Shown piece by piece: positions 63,695 through 64,000 of a stretch of DNA of 64,000 nt. Source of the DNA: Eledone cirrhosa (Eukaryota). Position 1 is the first letter of the stretch. Each line of letters begins with the position of its first letter. The notes beneath the pieces are model-generated. The model saw nothing but the letters and a program-made list of their open reading frames with translations. It made no database searches and was not told the DNA's origin. The stretch covers positions 5,704,001 to 5,768,000 of the forward strand of contig OZ024746.1 in the NCBI GenBank assembly GCA_964016885.1. Direction: 5' to 3'. The position numbers and the translations under genes were made by a program.

Positions 63695-64000
63695 TCTAGG
63701 GCGGTAAAATTCCCGAGATCCATGGACGAGTTCTCTCCAGCGGTCTCTGTCCCTCATTATCGCTGCCATGTCCTGCGTCTCCAACAGACCAGTGTCTGTC
63801 CTTAGAGCATCAACATATGTCAACCTCGGTCTTCCTCTTCCAGTGTGTCCATGTAGGAGATCCCACAGGAGTCTGAGTGCAATGTCAATTCTGGATGTCG
63901 GTGAGCATGTCCGGCTAACCTCAGTCTCCTCTGTCTCACTTTCGAGCTGACCTTTGGGAGGTTCCCGTACAGCTCTGAGTTCTTTATCCTCAGTGTATAC
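63695..64000 (-). mobile_element. Second RTE-clade LINE 3' fragment (runs off window end)
   Basis: Reverse-complement match to 37135-37440 (TYVDALRTDTGLLETQDMAAIMRDRDRWRELV). Confidence 0.85.

Overview
AT-rich eukaryotic (animal) genomic DNA dense in (TA)n/(CA)n microsatellites. The SINE and repeat complement suggests an octopod cephalopod (inference). The one clear host gene is a + strand, intron-containing, divergent nicotinic-acetylcholine-receptor-like Cys-loop channel: four intact in-phase exons at 14631-25636, with apparently decayed N-terminal and M3/M4 exons. The rest is mostly mobile DNA: tRNA-derived SINEs, fragments of CRE-, R4/Dong-, RTE- and Jockey/CR1-like LINEs, mariner- and hAT-like MITEs, and two copies of a (TA)n-targeted Penelope-like element (RT + GIY-YIG). 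The most striking content is a ribozyme-bearing retroelement ecosystem inside the (TA)n tracts. (1) An 8x467-bp tandem array carries a minimal hammerhead ribozyme on the minus strand of every unit (retrozyme-like). (2) About ten fold-back elements share an arm-inverted arm-tail layout, most with canonical or variant hammerhead cores. (3) A small covarying stem-bulge motif (ACTC-stem-TT-GAGT) recurs in the tails of several otherwise dissimilar families. Most long ORFs in the supplied track are microsatellite artefacts. All structure calls are by eye; no folding or database search was run.
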